From assembly GCA_963765495.1 (NCBI GenBank), contig CAVXWP010000016.1:192001-256000 (forward strand): a DNA stretch of 64,000 bases, written 5' to 3'. How positions within the stretch are numbered: the first letter of the stretch is position 1; each line of letters starts with the position of its first letter. Shown in pieces: positions 1-11,893 of this stretch. The translations under genes were made by a program, and so were the position numbers. The stretch comes from Blastocatellia bacterium. GTDB taxonomy: Bacteria; Acidobacteriota; Blastocatellia; UBA7656. The notes below the pieces were generated by a model. The model saw only the letters and a list, made by a program, of their open reading frames with translations, did not search any database and was not told the origin of the DNA.

Positions 1-23
1 CATCCTTTCAATCGGCTTCGCCC

Positions 24-770
24 TCAGTGCTGCTTCTGCCGCCAGAGCCACGCCCCGCCTTTTACCCCGCACTCGTTAGAGACTATCTTGATGTCGGGCG
101 GCAGCTTGAAATCGAGCTTGCTGGCGTTGCCGCCTCCGATATAGAGCTTGTCGAAATTTGTCAGGATTCGGAGATTTTCTATGGCCTTCTGCACGCGGCG
201 ATTCCATTTCTTGCGGCCTATCTTCTTCAAGGCTCTGGCTCCGAGTTGCTCGTCATAGGACTGCTCTTTGCGGAAAGGCGTATGCGAGATTTCAAGGTGC
301 GGCCCCAGTTGACCCTCTACGAAAAGGGCTGAACCAAACCCGGTTCCGAGCGTTATGACCATCTCGACGCCCTCGCCTCCGATGGCTCCGAGCCCCTGCA
401 TATCGGCATCGTTTACGGCGCGCACGGGTTTCCCGAGGCGAGCGGAAAGCTCGCCCGCCAGATCGAACCCTCTTAAAATTTCAGTCCCGAGATTAGGCGC
501 GGTAATGATCTTTCCATTGCGCACGACGCCGGGAAATCCGACCGACACCATATCATAATTCTGGAGCGGCTCTACAAGCTCGACCAGTTTCTCAAGCAGA
601 ACCTCGGGCAGGCAAGGGTGCGGGGTCTTGATCCTGACGCGCTCGGTCGTCATCTCGCCTTCGGAATTCAAAATAGCCGCTTTTAGTCCAGACCCTCCAA
701 TATCAATAGCCAGAATGCCGGTATCGGGTTGCTCCTGATCTTCAGATACCGACTGTTGTTTTGTAGCCAT
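24..770 (-). CDS. ROK-family sugar kinase (polyphosphate/ATP glucokinase-like)
   Basis: IDIGGS phosphate-1 motif, VGFPG, NDADMQG, TLGTGFGSA; last visible gene of the pentose-phosphate cluster. Confidence 0.85.
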   Translation of the reverse strand: MATKQQSVSEDQEQPDTGILAIDIGGSGLKAAILNSEGEMTTERVRIKTPHPCLPEVLLEKLVELVEPLQNYDMVSVGFPGVVRNGKIITAPNLGTEILRGFDLAGELSARLGKPVRAVNDADMQGLGAIGGEGVEMVITLGTGFGSALFVEGQLGPHLEISHTPFRKEQSYDEQLGARALKKIGRKKWNRRVQKAIENLRILTNFDKLYIGGGNASKLDFKLPPDIKIVSNECGVKGGAWLWRQKQH

Positions 771-813
771 AGATTCTCCTTTCAGATTTCAGCGGCCGAA
801 TCCGGTTGTTCTG

Positions 814-2262
814 TCATTTCAGTATAGATTCGGCCCATTCGGTATGTAAGTGCCCCCGTTCGGGATGATCTACGCGCTCGTATGTGTGAGCGCCAAAATA
901 ATCTCGTTGCGCCTGCGTAAGATTTTGCGGCAGGTTGGCCGTGCGATAACTGTCAAAGTAGGCAAGGCTCGCCGACATCGCGGGCACAGGAATGCCCATA
1001 TTCACAGCCGTCTTTACGGCGAATCGCCAGTTAGCCTGAGACGATTGTATCCATCGGTTGAACTCGTCGTCTTGCAGCAGGTTGGGCAAATCCGGGCGGC
1101 GATTGTATGCGTTCATGATCGAGTCCAGGAATCGAGCGCGGATGATACACCCGCCTTTCCATATGCGCGCCATCTCGCTCAGGTTTACATCCCAGTTGTA
1201 CTCCTCAGACCCCCTGCGAATCAGGTTCAACCCTTGCGCGTAAGAGCAAATCTTTGACGCATAGAGCGCGTCGCGAACGGCGGTGATGAGTTTCGCCCGG
1301 TCACTTCGCGAGCGGCTCGTGCGCGGGCCTTTGATCTTTTTGCTCGCGATAACGCGCTCTTCTTTTATGCTCGAAAGCACGCGCGCGTCCAGCGCGGCGG
1401 CAATCGTAGGGATAGGTATTCCGAAATCGAGCGCCACCTGCGCCGTCCACTTGCCCGTGCCTTTCTGTTCGGCCTTGTCGAGCACGAGGTCAACGAGCGG
1501 ATTGCCGGTCTCTTCGTCTCTTGCTCGGAAAATCTTTGCGGTTATTTCAATCAGGAATGATTCGAGAAGCCCTTCGTTCCACTGCTCGAACACTTCGGCG
1601 AGTTCCGAAGCATTCATCCCGAGCCCGCGTCGAAGCATGTCGTAGGCTTCGGCGATCAACTGCATGTCGCCGTATTCGATGCCGTTGTGAACCATCTTGA
1701 CGAAATGGCCCGCGCCGTCCGGTCCGACGTATGTCACGCAGGGCCCCGAATCGGTCTTTGCCGCAATCGCTTCAAAGATATTGCGGACGTGCTCATATGC
1801 CTCGCGCGCCCCGCCGGGCATAAGCGAGGGTCCGTGGCGAGCGCCTTCTTCGCCGCCCGATACGCCCGACCCGAAGAAGTTCAAGCCCTCTTCACGAAGA
1901 GCGGCCTCGCGTCGCTGGGTGTCTTTAAAAAACGAGTTCCCGCCGTCAATCAGGATGTCGCCTTCGTCGAGCAACGATTTGATGTTGGCGATTGTAATGT
2001 CAACCGGCCCGCCCGCTTTGATCATCATCATTATACGGCGCGGTCGTTCGAGCGCGTCCGCGAAATCCGCGAGCGTCTTCGTGCCGATCAACTGTTTTTC
2101 CTGATTCTCGCTTATGAAACTGTCAACCCATTCGGGTTCGAGGTTCCAGACCGTAACCGGGAACCCGTGCTCTTCTACGTTCAAGGCGAGGTTTCGGCCC
2201 ATAACGCCGAGACCTATCATGCCGAATTGCCCCTGTTTTGCTTTGGCTAAACTCGTTGACAT
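814..2262 (-). CDS. gnd: NADP-dependent 6-phosphogluconate dehydrogenase, decarboxylating
   Basis: GLGVMG Rossmann motif, GVSGGEEGA, KMVHNGIEY, QKGTGKWT, QAQRDYFGAH; start placed at ATG 2262. Confidence 0.97.
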   Translation of the reverse strand: MSTSLAKAKQGQFGMIGLGVMGRNLALNVEEHGFPVTVWNLEPEWVDSFISENQEKQLIGTKTLADFADALERPRRIMMMIKAGGPVDITIANIKSLLDEGDILIDGGNSFFKDTQRREAALREEGLNFFGSGVSGGEEGARHGPSLMPGGAREAYEHVRNIFEAIAAKTDSGPCVTYVGPDGAGHFVKMVHNGIEYGDMQLIAEAYDMLRRGLGMNASELAEVFEQWNEGLLESFLIEITAKIFRARDEETGNPLVDLVLDKAEQKGTGKWTAQVALDFGIPIPTIAAALDARVLSSIKEERVIASKKIKGPRTSRSRSDRAKLITAVRDALYASKICSYAQGLNLIRRGSEEYNWDVNLSEMARIWKGGCIIRARFLDSIMNAYNRRPDLPNLLQDDEFNRWIQSSQANWRFAVKTAVNMGIPVPAMSASLAYFDSYRTANLPQNLTQAQRDYFGAHTYERVDHPERGHLHTEWAESILK

Positions 2263-2288
2263 CTCTGTTTTCTCCCTCTCGCCCGGAT

Positions 2289-3107
2289 TCAAATTCCGGC
2301 TGATTGATATGCGCCCAGTACGTGTTTTTCGATCCCACGCGCCCAGCCTTCGTCGTCGTTGGAACTCGTGGTGCGGTTAGCCTGCGCGCGCACTTCGTCT
2401 ACGGCCTGTCCCATGGCTATGCTGAGGGCGGCCTCCCTGAACATCTCCACATCGTTTGGCCCGTCGCCAATGACGGCTATCTGCTCGGTCGGTATCCCAA
2501 AGACCTCAGACAACCGGACGATGACATTGCCTTTGTGCCAGCCGTAGGATGTTACATCAAGAAAGCGCGGCTTGGAACGCGATGCCGACACTTTGGCGTC
2601 GAGGTCGGCAAGCACGCGCTCTTCGGCGATGGCGACAAGCTCAGGCTTGCCGACCACGGTCAGCTTGTTGAGCGGTCCTGCTATTACTCGATTGTAGTCT
2701 TCCATATTTGGGCTGAAGCCCGACGTATGCTCTTCACGGTCCACAAAGGGGGTGCGCTCAGAGGCATACCATTCGGATTCGTCATAAAGCCAGACGCCGA
2801 TTCCAAGATCATCCGCTATCGCTTTTATGTGAGCGATCGTATCAGGCTCTATCTTTTTGCTTGCCATGACCTCCCCGTCAGATGTGATTACGAGCGCGCC
2901 GTTGAAGGCGGCAAAAGGCGAGTGAAGGTTGAGCGATTCGGCAAGCGGGCGGATGCTGCGCGGCGGGCGCGAACTGGCGAGCGAAAGCTTTATGCCCCGC
3001 TCGTACAGTTTCGCCGCCGTCTCCTTTGTGCGCTGAGTTATTTCGTGATTGGAAGTGATGAGTGTGCCATCAATGTCGGAAACGACAAGCGCGATATTAT
3101 TAGGCAT
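2289..3107 (-). CDS. Cof-type HAD-IIB hydrolase
   Basis: SDIDGTL motif I, ASSR, GDGPND motif IV; start placed at ATG 3107. Confidence 0.9.
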   Translation of the reverse strand: MPNNIALVVSDIDGTLITSNHEITQRTKETAAKLYERGIKLSLASSRPPRSIRPLAESLNLHSPFAAFNGALVITSDGEVMASKKIEPDTIAHIKAIADDLGIGVWLYDESEWYASERTPFVDREEHTSGFSPNMEDYNRVIAGPLNKLTVVGKPELVAIAEERVLADLDAKVSASRSKPRFLDVTSYGWHKGNVIVRLSEVFGIPTEQIAVIGDGPNDVEMFREAALSIAMGQAVDEVRAQANRTTSSNDDEGWARGIEKHVLGAYQSAGI

Positions 3108-3129
3108 AAGTTTTATCCTGCGGTCGAAA

Positions 3130-3224
3130 CGTGATGCGTGATCGGTGACGCGTGATTTACCGGACTTGCAAGTCTGGTAACCTTGCGGTCTGGCCAAAAA
3201 TCACGCGTCACGCGTCACCGATCA
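3130..3224. repeat. Inverted pair of 7-mer tandem repeats (CGTGAYG / CRTCACG)
   Basis: cgtgatgcgtgatcggtgacgcgtgattt ... aaatcacgcgtcacgcgtcaccgatca. Confidence 0.75.
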
Positions 3225-3262
3225 ATCTTAAATTCATTTTCACCAGCCTCTGACGGTCAGAT

Positions 3263-6181
3263 TCACCCGGCCTGCCCCGCCACGATTGGAAGCCCGTTCT
3301 GAACTATCTCTAAAATGGCCTTGAGCCCGGCCTCGGCATCCGTTCCCAGGTGAACGCGAATCGCCCTGCGATTGCGGCTCGCAAGCGAGTGGAAATCTCC
3401 GAGCGCCTGCGCCTGCTTGAGCACGCCGAACGTATAAGGCTCGCCCGGTATGGGCACATCCTTCTTCGCATCCGCAGTCAATTGAAGGAAGACCCCGCTT
3501 GCAGGCCCCCCCTTGTGCAATTGCCCTGTCGAATGCAGGAAGCGCGGGCCGTAACCTGTCGTGGTCGCAACTTTGAGCGCGTCGCGCAGATGCACGCGAA
3601 TCGCCTGAATCGCCGCCTCGTGTTCGGCGCTCTCTTGAATGTAATCGCATAAAGCGACGTAATCTCCTTCGCCCGCCCGTTTCAAATGAGCCACGATAAA
3701 GTCTGCAATCGAAAGACCTGCTCCAAGCTCTTGAATCGTGTCGCTGCTTGCAAGCGCAGTCAGCCCCCTTCCCTGTGCGGCTTCATCCTGTTCAGGGAGC
3801 GCGCCGTTGGTTTTATATTCTTCGAGCAAGTGACGTGTGTTGTCTTTGCTCTCCTGAACATTCGGCTGATCGAAGGCATCTATCCCGATTATCACCCCGG
3901 CTATGGCCGTCGAAAGCTCCCATACGTAAAACTCTTCGCCGAGATCGAGCGCGTCGTGAAGCGTACGGCGAACCACCGGATGGCCTGCTCCTTCCAGCGC
4001 CCGAAGCTTTGCATCGGTGTCGGGATCGGGCGGTCCCACACTGATATGCACAAAGAGCCGGTCATTGCCGTAAACCGAGGGCGCTCCAAGCGGCTCGCCC
4101 GCGATTGGTATAATGCCCTTGCCTTCTTTCCCCGTGCTTTCGGCTATCAACTGCTCGACCCAGAGCCCGAGCGATGAAATTTCAGGCGAGGTCGAAAGCG
4201 TCAGCTTATCGCGTCCGGCATCCGCGCAAACGCCCAGAATAGTGCCGAGCCTCACGGCCGGATTATCGGCGGCCGGGATGTAGTGGGCGCAGGCGTGAAC
4301 GGCGCGGTCGGCGCGGTCGAGAAGGGCTTTGAATCCAAACCCTTGCAAGGCCGCCGGCACCATGCCGAAATAGGTTAGCGCCGAATAACGCCCGCCTATG
4401 TCTGCCGGGTTCAGGAAGATTCGACGGAAGCCGTCGCCTTTGGCCATCTGCTCCATCAGTGTGTCCGGGTCGGTTATGGCGATGAAGTTTTCGCCCGCCC
4501 GCTCTCCCTTGATCCGGCGCACGCGATCAAAGAAGTATTTGTAAAAGACAAGCGGCTCGGTTGTCGTACCCGACTTGCTCGACACGATAAAGAGCGTATG
4601 CTCCATATCAATCCGGCTTTCAAAATCCGCCACCGTATCGGGGTCTGTGCTGTCGAGCACGTGTAGCTGCGGATAGTCTTCGCGTTTGCCGAATGTGCGG
4701 CGGAAGACTTCCGGGCAGAGACTGCTGCCGCCCATGCCTAAAAGCATTACGTGAGTAAACCCGTCGCCGCGCACGCGGTCGGCAAAAGCCGAAAGCTCGT
4801 CTGAGGCTTCAAGCATCTGGTCCACAACCGTTACCCACCCGAGAGCATTCTTGATGATCTTCTTATGCTGTTCGTCATCCTTCCACAGGGTCGCGTCTTT
4901 GTTCCAGATGCGGCGTACCCACTGCTCTTTTTCGGCTCGCTGAATCGCCCCCTGCACCTCCTCACCGTAGGCTCCAAGCGTCGCGGTCTGGCGTTCGAGC
5001 AGTCCGCTTGTGATGGCCGCCTGCTTTGAAGATATGCTGCCGATCAAGCCGCGAAATGCGTCAATAAATGCCTGGACCGCTTCCTCCTGTAATTTGCGCG
5101 TAACATCTTTGAGGTCGATTCCGATCTCGGTCAGCTTGTTGATAACGGCTCGCGCCCCGTCCACATCTTCTTCGAGGCTGAGGCGTGACTTGCCGTGATC
5201 GCGAAAGGCTGTGAAGGTGGCCGGAGGCACGGTGTTGACCGTTTTCGGCCCGATCAACTCCTCTACGTAATAGACGTCGCTGTAGGCGGGATTCTTTGTC
5301 CCGGTGCTTGCCCAAAGAGGCCGCTGGACCTGAGCGCCGCCCGCCCGCAGTTTTTCGAACCGCTCGCTTTCAAAGAGTTCTTTGAATCGCCGATAAAGCA
5401 GTTTCGTATTTGCAATCGCCGCCTTGCCAAGTAGCGCGGAAAGCGTGGCTTTCTCTTCTTCATCGCTTGAGCGGCGAATGCGGAATTCGAGTTGATTGTC
5501 TACGGCAGTGTCGACGCGGCTGACGAACACGGATGCGACCGAGGCTACGTGATCGAGAGGATCGCCTGCGGCGGCTCTCTCTTCAAGTCCGCTGATATAG
5601 GCTTCGGCCACTTCATCATAAGTCTCCTGAGAAAAGATCAGCGTGACGTTTATGTTTATGCCTGCGGCGATCAGGGCCTTGATTGCCGGGATGCCTTCCT
5701 TTGTGCCCGGAACTTTTATCATCGCGTTCCTGCGGTCGAGCGCCGCCCATAACCGCTTGGCCTCGGCTATCGTGCCTTCGGTGTCTTCGGCAAGTAACGG
5801 CGATACTTCGAGGCTCACGTATCCGTCTATCCTGTCGGTCATCGCATAGACGGGCGCGAACAGATCGGTGGTTCGCTGTATGTCTTCGATCACCAGAGCC
5901 TCATAGATCTCCTGCACATCCCTGCCTTCGGCTATAAGCCCGCGCATCGATTCGTCGTAGTCTGTGCTTCCGGCAATGGCTTTCTCGAAGATGGCCGGGT
6001 TCGAGGTTACGCCGCGCAGATCGTCTCCGCCGACTTTCTGCATAAGGTTCGATGTTACACCTTTAGGCAGACCGCCGATTTTGCGGGCAAGGTCGCCCGT
6101 ATCAATAAGGGCGCGGCGGATATTGTCATACCAGATGCTTTGCCCGAGCTTCTGTAGTTCGACCAGTGGATTCTCGCTCAT
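3263..6181 (-). CDS. Bifunctional transaldolase / phosphoglucose isomerase
   Basis: N-terminal GVTSNPAIF, MIKVP, NVTLIFS, WASTGTKNP; C-terminal GMGGSSL, SSKSGTT, IGGRYSAL, EQLIAESTGK, DQPNVQESK. Confidence 0.95.
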   Translation of the reverse strand: MSENPLVELQKLGQSIWYDNIRRALIDTGDLARKIGGLPKGVTSNLMQKVGGDDLRGVTSNPAIFEKAIAGSTDYDESMRGLIAEGRDVQEIYEALVIEDIQRTTDLFAPVYAMTDRIDGYVSLEVSPLLAEDTEGTIAEAKRLWAALDRRNAMIKVPGTKEGIPAIKALIAAGININVTLIFSQETYDEVAEAYISGLEERAAAGDPLDHVASVASVFVSRVDTAVDNQLEFRIRRSSDEEEKATLSALLGKAAIANTKLLYRRFKELFESERFEKLRAGGAQVQRPLWASTGTKNPAYSDVYYVEELIGPKTVNTVPPATFTAFRDHGKSRLSLEEDVDGARAVINKLTEIGIDLKDVTRKLQEEAVQAFIDAFRGLIGSISSKQAAITSGLLERQTATLGAYGEEVQGAIQRAEKEQWVRRIWNKDATLWKDDEQHKKIIKNALGWVTVVDQMLEASDELSAFADRVRGDGFTHVMLLGMGGSSLCPEVFRRTFGKREDYPQLHVLDSTDPDTVADFESRIDMEHTLFIVSSKSGTTTEPLVFYKYFFDRVRRIKGERAGENFIAITDPDTLMEQMAKGDGFRRIFLNPADIGGRYSALTYFGMVPAALQGFGFKALLDRADRAVHACAHYIPAADNPAVRLGTILGVCADAGRDKLTLSTSPEISSLGLWVEQLIAESTGKEGKGIIPIAGEPLGAPSVYGNDRLFVHISVGPPDPDTDAKLRALEGAGHPVVRRTLHDALDLGEEFYVWELSTAIAGVIIGIDAFDQPNVQESKDNTRHLLEEYKTNGALPEQDEAAQGRGLTALASSDTIQELGAGLSIADFIVAHLKRAGEGDYVALCDYIQESAEHEAAIQAIRVHLRDALKVATTTGYGPRFLHSTGQLHKGGPASGVFLQLTADAKKDVPIPGEPYTFGVLKQAQALGDFHSLASRNRRAIRVHLGTDAEAGLKAILEIVQNGLPIVAGQAG

Positions 6182-6235
6182 AAGTCCTCCTCCTGCTGAC
6201 TGTTCTGAATGGTGAAAAGTTGAATCGTTCGACTA

Positions 6236-8296
6236 CTACGACTGCTGCGCCTTGACTCGTTCTATTGAGGCGCGAGCTTCGGCCACGACATTCTCGACAG
6301 TAAAGCCGAACTGTTTGAGCAATTCCTTGAGCGGGGCCGACGCGCCGAAATCGCGTCGCGCGATTATGCCGCCGTCAATGCCTACATACCGGCGCCAGCC
6401 CAGACTCGAACCGGCTTCGATTGCCACGCGCGCGCGCACCCCTGGCGGAAGCACGCTTGCGCGGTACTCCTCCGGCTGCCGCTCGAATATTTCATAGCTC
6501 GGTATGCTGACTACGCGAGACTTGATCCCTTCGGATGTAAGTTGCTCGTGAGCCGCCATACACCATTGAAGTTCGCTGCCTGTGCCCATCAGTATGACAT
6601 CCGGGGTCCCATCGGAATCGGCGACGATATAGGCACCCTTATGCACGCCTTCGGCCGAGCCGTATTTCTCGCGGTCAATGGTCGGAAGCGGCTGGCGGCT
6701 GAGTATGAGCGCAACGGGGTGATGTTTCTCGGTCATTATGAAGCGCCAGGCCTGGGCCACTTCGTTGCCGTCGGCGGGGCGCAGCACGATCAGTTGCGGA
6801 ATGGCGCGCAAGGAGATCAGATGTTCGATAGGCTGGTGAGTGGGTCCGTCTTCGCCTACGCCGATTGAATCGTGCGTAAAAATATAGGTGACGGGCAATT
6901 CCATAAGCGATGATAGCCGTATCGAAGCGCGCATGTAATCGGAGAAGATCAGGAAGCCCGATCCGTAAGCGCGCAGTTTGGCAAGCCCCATCCCGTTTAC
7001 CATCGAGCCCATAGCGTGTTCGCGAATTCCGAAGTGGAAATTGCGGCCCGAATAATCGTTTGCCTCGAAGTCTCCGCCATCGTTTAGACGGGTCTTGGTC
7101 GAAGGGGCAAGGTCGGCTGCGCCTCCGATGAGCCACGGCACATTTTTGGCGATGGCGTTGAGGACCTTCGCGCTCGCGTCGCGTCCGGCCACGCCTTTTT
7201 CATCGGTCGGGAAAACGGGGATGTCTTTGTCCCAGCCTTCGGGCAGATTGCCCGCCTGCATGGTTTCCCATTCCGAGGCAAGCTCGGGGTGCGCCTCTTT
7301 ATAAGCGGCGAATCGTTCGCTCCATTCGGCCTCGGCCTTCGCGCCACGATCTATGGCTCCCTGTGTCATGTATTGCGTGGTCTCGTCAGGCACGAGGAAT
7401 TTGGCATCGGGCGGCCAGCCGTAACGCTGCTTGGTTAATCGGATCTCTTCTTCGCCAAGCGGCTCGCCGTGCGCGGCTGATGTGTCCTGTTTGTTTGGCG
7501 CGCCCCAGGCGATGTGGCTGTCTACGATGATGAGCGTCGGGCGCTCGGTCTCTTTTTCGGCGGTGCGAAGCGCTTGATCCAGAAGTTCGAGATCGTTTGC
7601 ATCGCCTACGCGCAGAACGTTCCAGTGATAAGACATGAAGCGCGTGCCAACGTCGTCGCTAAATGCGAGCGCCGTATTTCCTTCGATGGTGATGTGGTTG
7701 TTGTCGTAAATCCAGACAAGATTACTGAGCTTTAGATGACCTGCAAGCGATGCCGCTTCCTGAGAGATGCCTTCCATCATGCAGCCGTCGCCCGCGATGG
7801 CATAGACGCGGTGATCGACTATCTCGTGGCCGGGGCGGTTATAGCGAGCCGCAAGCCATCGCTCGGCTATGGCCATGCCTACCGATGTAGCCACGCCCTG
7901 ACCGAGCGGGCCTGTGGTCGTCTCTATGCCCGGGGTCAATCCGTATTCGGGGTGGCCCGGCGTGAGCGATCCCCACTGGCGAAACCGCTTCAGCTCTTCG
8001 AGCGGAAGATCGTAACCCGACAGGTGAAGCATCGAGTAGAGCAGCATGGAGGCGTGGCCGGCCGAAAGCACAAAGCGGTCACGGTTTGGCCATTGCGGAT
8101 TGCGCGGGTTGTGGCGCAGGAAGCGATCCCACAAAACGTAGGCAACCGGCGCAAGCGCCATCGGAGTTCCGGGATGCCCGGAATTGGCCTGCTGCACCCC
8201 GTCCATCGCAAGCGTTCTTATAGTGTTTATACAAAGCTCGTCGAGCCTCTTATCATGGCTCGCGGAATCGTCGGCCGGCTTCATAGCATGACTCAT
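6236..8296 (-). CDS. tkt: Transketolase
   Basis: [25 protein letters not shown] motif, [16 protein letters not shown]; AAGGAG precedes ATG 8296. Confidence 0.97.
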   Translation of the reverse strand: MSHAMKPADDSASHDKRLDELCINTIRTLAMDGVQQANSGHPGTPMALAPVAYVLWDRFLRHNPRNPQWPNRDRFVLSAGHASMLLYSMLHLSGYDLPLEELKRFRQWGSLTPGHPEYGLTPGIETTTGPLGQGVATSVGMAIAERWLAARYNRPGHEIVDHRVYAIAGDGCMMEGISQEAASLAGHLKLSNLVWIYDNNHITIEGNTALAFSDDVGTRFMSYHWNVLRVGDANDLELLDQALRTAEKETERPTLIIVDSHIAWGAPNKQDTSAAHGEPLGEEEIRLTKQRYGWPPDAKFLVPDETTQYMTQGAIDRGAKAEAEWSERFAAYKEAHPELASEWETMQAGNLPEGWDKDIPVFPTDEKGVAGRDASAKVLNAIAKNVPWLIGGAADLAPSTKTRLNDGGDFEANDYSGRNFHFGIREHAMGSMVNGMGLAKLRAYGSGFLIFSDYMRASIRLSSLMELPVTYIFTHDSIGVGEDGPTHQPIEHLISLRAIPQLIVLRPADGNEVAQAWRFIMTEKHHPVALILSRQPLPTIDREKYGSAEGVHKGAYIVADSDGTPDVILMGTGSELQWCMAAHEQLTSEGIKSRVVSIPSYEIFERQPEEYRASVLPPGVRARVAIEAGSSLGWRRYVGIDGGIIARRDFGASAPLKELLKQFGFTVENVVAEARASIERVKAQQS

Positions 8297-8431
8297 AATA
8301 TCTATTTCTCCTTTTCCCAAGTATCATCACCCGCAGGTGTACTAATGAGAGGATTATTTCTCGACTGGCAGCCGTTCGGGCGGGCCGGACGGTTGCCGAA
8401 TTTCTGTCTGCGATGCTGATCGGCGCAGTCT

Positions 8432-8668
8432 CTATTCGGAGATGTCTTGAACAGTTTCGGATTTTGCGATCAACTCCTGCTCGGCCTGCAACCAATCATC
8501 AAGAGCGCTGCCGTGCGCGTCCCCACGCGCCATATAAATCTCGTAAGCTCGCCCGGCTATCGCTTCTTGCGCGGGATAGTTTTCGATGGCGGTCTCATCC
8601 GTTGCCGAAGAAGAAATCTCTTCGATTATACTGCTCTCTTTTTCTTCGCCTCTTGCTGTTTCTGCCAT
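8432..8668 (-). CDS. DUF2934-like small acidic protein
   Basis: IAGRAYEIYMARG..HGSALDDWLQAEQEL pattern; strong RBS GAGGAGG. Confidence 0.8.
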   Translation of the reverse strand: MAETARGEEKESSIIEEISSSATDETAIENYPAQEAIAGRAYEIYMARGDAHGSALDDWLQAEQELIAKSETVQDISE

Positions 8669-9022
8669 GGTGGCTCCCTCCTCACATTACAAATTCCCTA
8701 TGAGGGTTTTCCCTTTGGCCTGCTCGATTGAAGGGGTATCGAAGTGAAAGTGCTGCCTCCAGGAAGTCCAAAACCATTATGACTTATCCTTACTTACCTG
8801 ACGCGGAGTACGCCCTGACACAAAAAATATTATGATGGGAAACCGCCTTCAGCAGATGCCGCGAGATTATACCTTTTGAACAATTAAGTCAACAAAAAGC
8901 AGCGAAAAACGATGTCACGGTGAGGTGCTTCACAAAGTTTTCAGCTTGAAAGAAAACGCGAAGTGAGGTGAATGGCAACGGGCGTCTCTTCGGGCCATAT
9001 TCAGCATATCTTCGGTCCTGTT

Positions 9023-11725
9023 TCAGTCTCTCCATTCGTCTATCAATGAGGCCACGAGGCCGGTCCATCCGGTCTGGTGCGATGCGCCTATGCCTGCGCC
9101 GCTATCGCCGTGAAAGAACTCGTAAAAAAGAATATAATCGCGCCAGTGCGGGTCTTCTTGAAACTTGGGCGTCCCGCCGTAAACGGCTCGCCTGCCATCC
9201 TGGTCTCTCGTAAATATATTGATCATGCGGTTGGCTATACCCTCGGCCATCTCGGATAGAGTCACCTTTCGACCTTCGTCACCCGGCACAGCCACGCTGA
9301 AACTCGGGCCGTAGGCCTTGCCCAGTTTTCTGAGCGACTCGATGATCAAAAAGGTGGTCGGGAACCAGACAGGCCCGCGCCAGTTTGAATTCCCGCCCTT
9401 GATCTTATTGTCGGATTCGGCAGGCTCATAACGCACTTCGTTCGACCCGTAAATGAAAGGGTTGTGCTCGTGGAATTTCGACATGCTCCGAATCCCGTAA
9501 TCGGACAGGAATTCGTTCGGATCATAGAGTCGCTCAAGTATCCGCTTCATTTGATTGTCGTCTACTATCGCAAGGACATAGACATCCATATCGTCGTGCT
9601 TTATCAAATGGCAGCACCGCTGCACTATATCCTGCCGGTTTCTGACAAACCATTCGAGGTTGGACTGGAATTCGGCAAAGGGCTTTATCCAGTCCACTTC
9701 AAGCCGCTCGATTGCATAAATGGGGATAAGCCCGACCAGCGAGCGAACGCGGAACTTGTGAAAGCTTCCGTCCGGGTACCTGAGCACATCATAAAAGAAA
9801 CCGTCTCGCTCGTCCCACAAAGAGTAATCCCGCCCGCCCATGTGTTTCATCGCAGCGCCCACATAGATGTAGTGCTGGAAAAATTTCGTAGCCAGGCTCT
9901 CGTATACTTTATTCTCTTTGGCGAGTTCGAGCGCGATCCGCATGAGGTTCTGACAAAACATCCCCATCCAGCCCGTGGCGTCGGACTGTTCGAGCTTTAC
10001 GCCGCCCGGCAGTTTCTCGCTGCGGTCGATGACGGTGATGTTGTCGAGACCGAGGAATCCGCCTTCAAAGACGTTGTTACCTTCGCTGTCTACCTTGTTG
10101 ACCCACCACGCGAAATTTATAAGCAGCTTGTGAAAACATTTCTCAAGCCAGGCGCGGTCGGCCACGCCCGATCTTATGCGGTCCATGTTGTAGACACGCC
10201 AGCAGGCCCACGCGTGAACGGGCGGATTCAGATCCGAAAACTCCCACTCATAGGCCGGAATCTGTCCGTTGGGATGCTGGAACTGCTCGAATAGCATCAG
10301 CCATAGCTGCTCTTTTGCAAATTCGCCGTCAACAAGCGCAAGCGCCACACAATGAAATGCGAGGTCCCAGGCGGCAAACCACGGGTACTCCCACTTATCG
10401 GGCATCGAAAGTATCCGCATAGAGTTCAAATGACGCCAGTGAGCATTTCGAATATTTTGGCGCGATTCGGGCGGGGGGAAATTCGGATTATCGCCCTCAA
10501 GCCAGACGTCTACGTCGAACAGGTAGCTCTGTTTTGTCCAGAGCAATCCGGCGAACGCCTGCCGCTGGATTCGCCGCTCGTCTTCGCTCGCCTTTGCCGG
10601 ATGAATCGTCGCGTAAAACTCGTCGGCTTCCTCCCGTTGCCTCTCGACTATTTCGTCAACCTCACCAACAGCCGCATCCAGAGCCTCGGGAGCAAGTCTC
10701 AGCCTTATGACCACCGACCCGCCCGCAGGCACCATGCGCTCGTATCTGAGGCAGGCTTTCGTTCCTTCATTTGCCGGATTTGTCGCCTCTTCGCCGTCGA
10801 CTATGCGACGGTGGAACGCGTCCTTGACGTAAGGCTTGTTATTTACGGCCTGCGGCCCGTAGAGACGCTGGTTATTGCTCTCGTTATAGGTGAACATCAC
10901 TTCCGCGCCCGCTTCGGCGTAAAGGAACCGCTCGCCAAGGCGGTATTCAAACGGAAGGTTTGGAAGCATCTTTGCGGTTGAATCATCGGCCACGAGGCTT
11001 ATAAAGCCCTCGCCCGACGGACCCACGCGGATTTCAGGCTCCGGGCCGGGCGGATCGGTCCACGCCCAGGTGTTGCGAAACCACAGGTGCGGAATTATTT
11101 GAAGCATTGCTGCTTCCGGGCCGCGATTGAAGGCTTCGATTCGGATGGAGATATCGTCGGGCGAACTCTTTGCGTACTCTACAAAGACATCGAAATACCT
11201 GTCTTCATCGAATATGCCCGTATCGAGCAATTCGTATTCAAGCCCGCGCCCGCCCCGGCTGCGGTTCTCTTCGACGAGATGAGCGTAGGGGTACTCCGAC
11301 TGCGGATACTTGTAAAGATATTTCATGTAGGAGTGCGTAGGAGTGCTGTCGAGGTAGAAGTAATAATCCTTCACGTCCTCGCCGTGATTGGCTTCGCCCG
11401 GGGTGAGACCAAAAGGGCGCTCTTTCAATATGGGGTCGCGCCCGTTCCAGAGCGCAAGCGCGAAGGCCAGCAACTGGTAGCGATCCGAGATTCCGGCCAG
11501 CCCGTCTTCACCCCATCTGTATGTCTTGCTTCGGGCCTGGTCGTGCGTCAGGTAATCCCATGCACCGCCGTTCGGGCTATAATCTTCGCGCACAGTACCC
11601 CAGGCCCGCTCACTCAGGTACGGACCCCAGCGTCTCCAGGGAGGAATACCGCCGCCGGACTTCTGTTTTAATCTTTCGTGTTCTTTGGTTTGAGCAGGAG
11701 TCTCTTTCGCCTGATTATTTTCCAT
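9023..11725 (-). CDS. MGH1-like / GH63-type (alpha/alpha)6 glycoside hydrolase
   Basis: [58 protein letters not shown]. Confidence 0.88.
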   Translation of the reverse strand: MENNQAKETPAQTKEHERLKQKSGGGIPPWRRWGPYLSERAWGTVREDYSPNGGAWDYLTHDQARSKTYRWGEDGLAGISDRYQLLAFALALWNGRDPILKERPFGLTPGEANHGEDVKDYYFYLDSTPTHSYMKYLYKYPQSEYPYAHLVEENRSRGGRGLEYELLDTGIFDEDRYFDVFVEYAKSSPDDISIRIEAFNRGPEAAMLQIIPHLWFRNTWAWTDPPGPEPEIRVGPSGEGFISLVADDSTAKMLPNLPFEYRLGERFLYAEAGAEVMFTYNESNNQRLYGPQAVNNKPYVKDAFHRRIVDGEEATNPANEGTKACLRYERMVPAGGSVVIRLRLAPEALDAAVGEVDEIVERQREEADEFYATIHPAKASEDERRIQRQAFAGLLWTKQSYLFDVDVWLEGDNPNFPPPESRQNIRNAHWRHLNSMRILSMPDKWEYPWFAAWDLAFHCVALALVDGEFAKEQLWLMLFEQFQHPNGQIPAYEWEFSDLNPPVHAWACWRVYNMDRIRSGVADRAWLEKCFHKLLINFAWWVNKVDSEGNNVFEGGFLGLDNITVIDRSEKLPGGVKLEQSDATGWMGMFCQNLMRIALELAKENKVYESLATKFFQHYIYVGAAMKHMGGRDYSLWDERDGFFYDVLRYPDGSFHKFRVRSLVGLIPIYAIERLEVDWIKPFAEFQSNLEWFVRNRQDIVQRCCHLIKHDDMDVYVLAIVDDNQMKRILERLYDPNEFLSDYGIRSMSKFHEHNPFIYGSNEVRYEPAESDNKIKGGNSNWRGPVWFPTTFLIIESLRKLGKAYGPSFSVAVPGDEGRKVTLSEMAEGIANRMINIFTRDQDGRRAVYGGTPKFQEDPHWRDYILFYEFFHGDSGAGIGASHQTGWTGLVASLIDEWRD

Positions 11726-11768
11726 TGATCCTCGATGACGGAAGAAGGAAGGGATGAAGCATTTCAGG

Positions 11769-11893
11769 AGGGATGAGGGATGAGGGATGAAAAGGATTTT
11801 CAGGGATTCCCTGATAACAGCTTGAGTCGCTTTTCACCGAGTCCTCTCGCCACAATCCTTTTCATCCCTCATCCCTCATCCCTTATCCCTTAT
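11769..11893. repeat. Inverted 7-mer tandem repeat hairpin (AGGGATG)n ... (CATCCCT)n
   Basis: agggatgagggatgagggatgaaaaggatt ... aatccttttcatccctcatccctcatccct; overlaps the PP2C stop codon. Confidence 0.8.
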
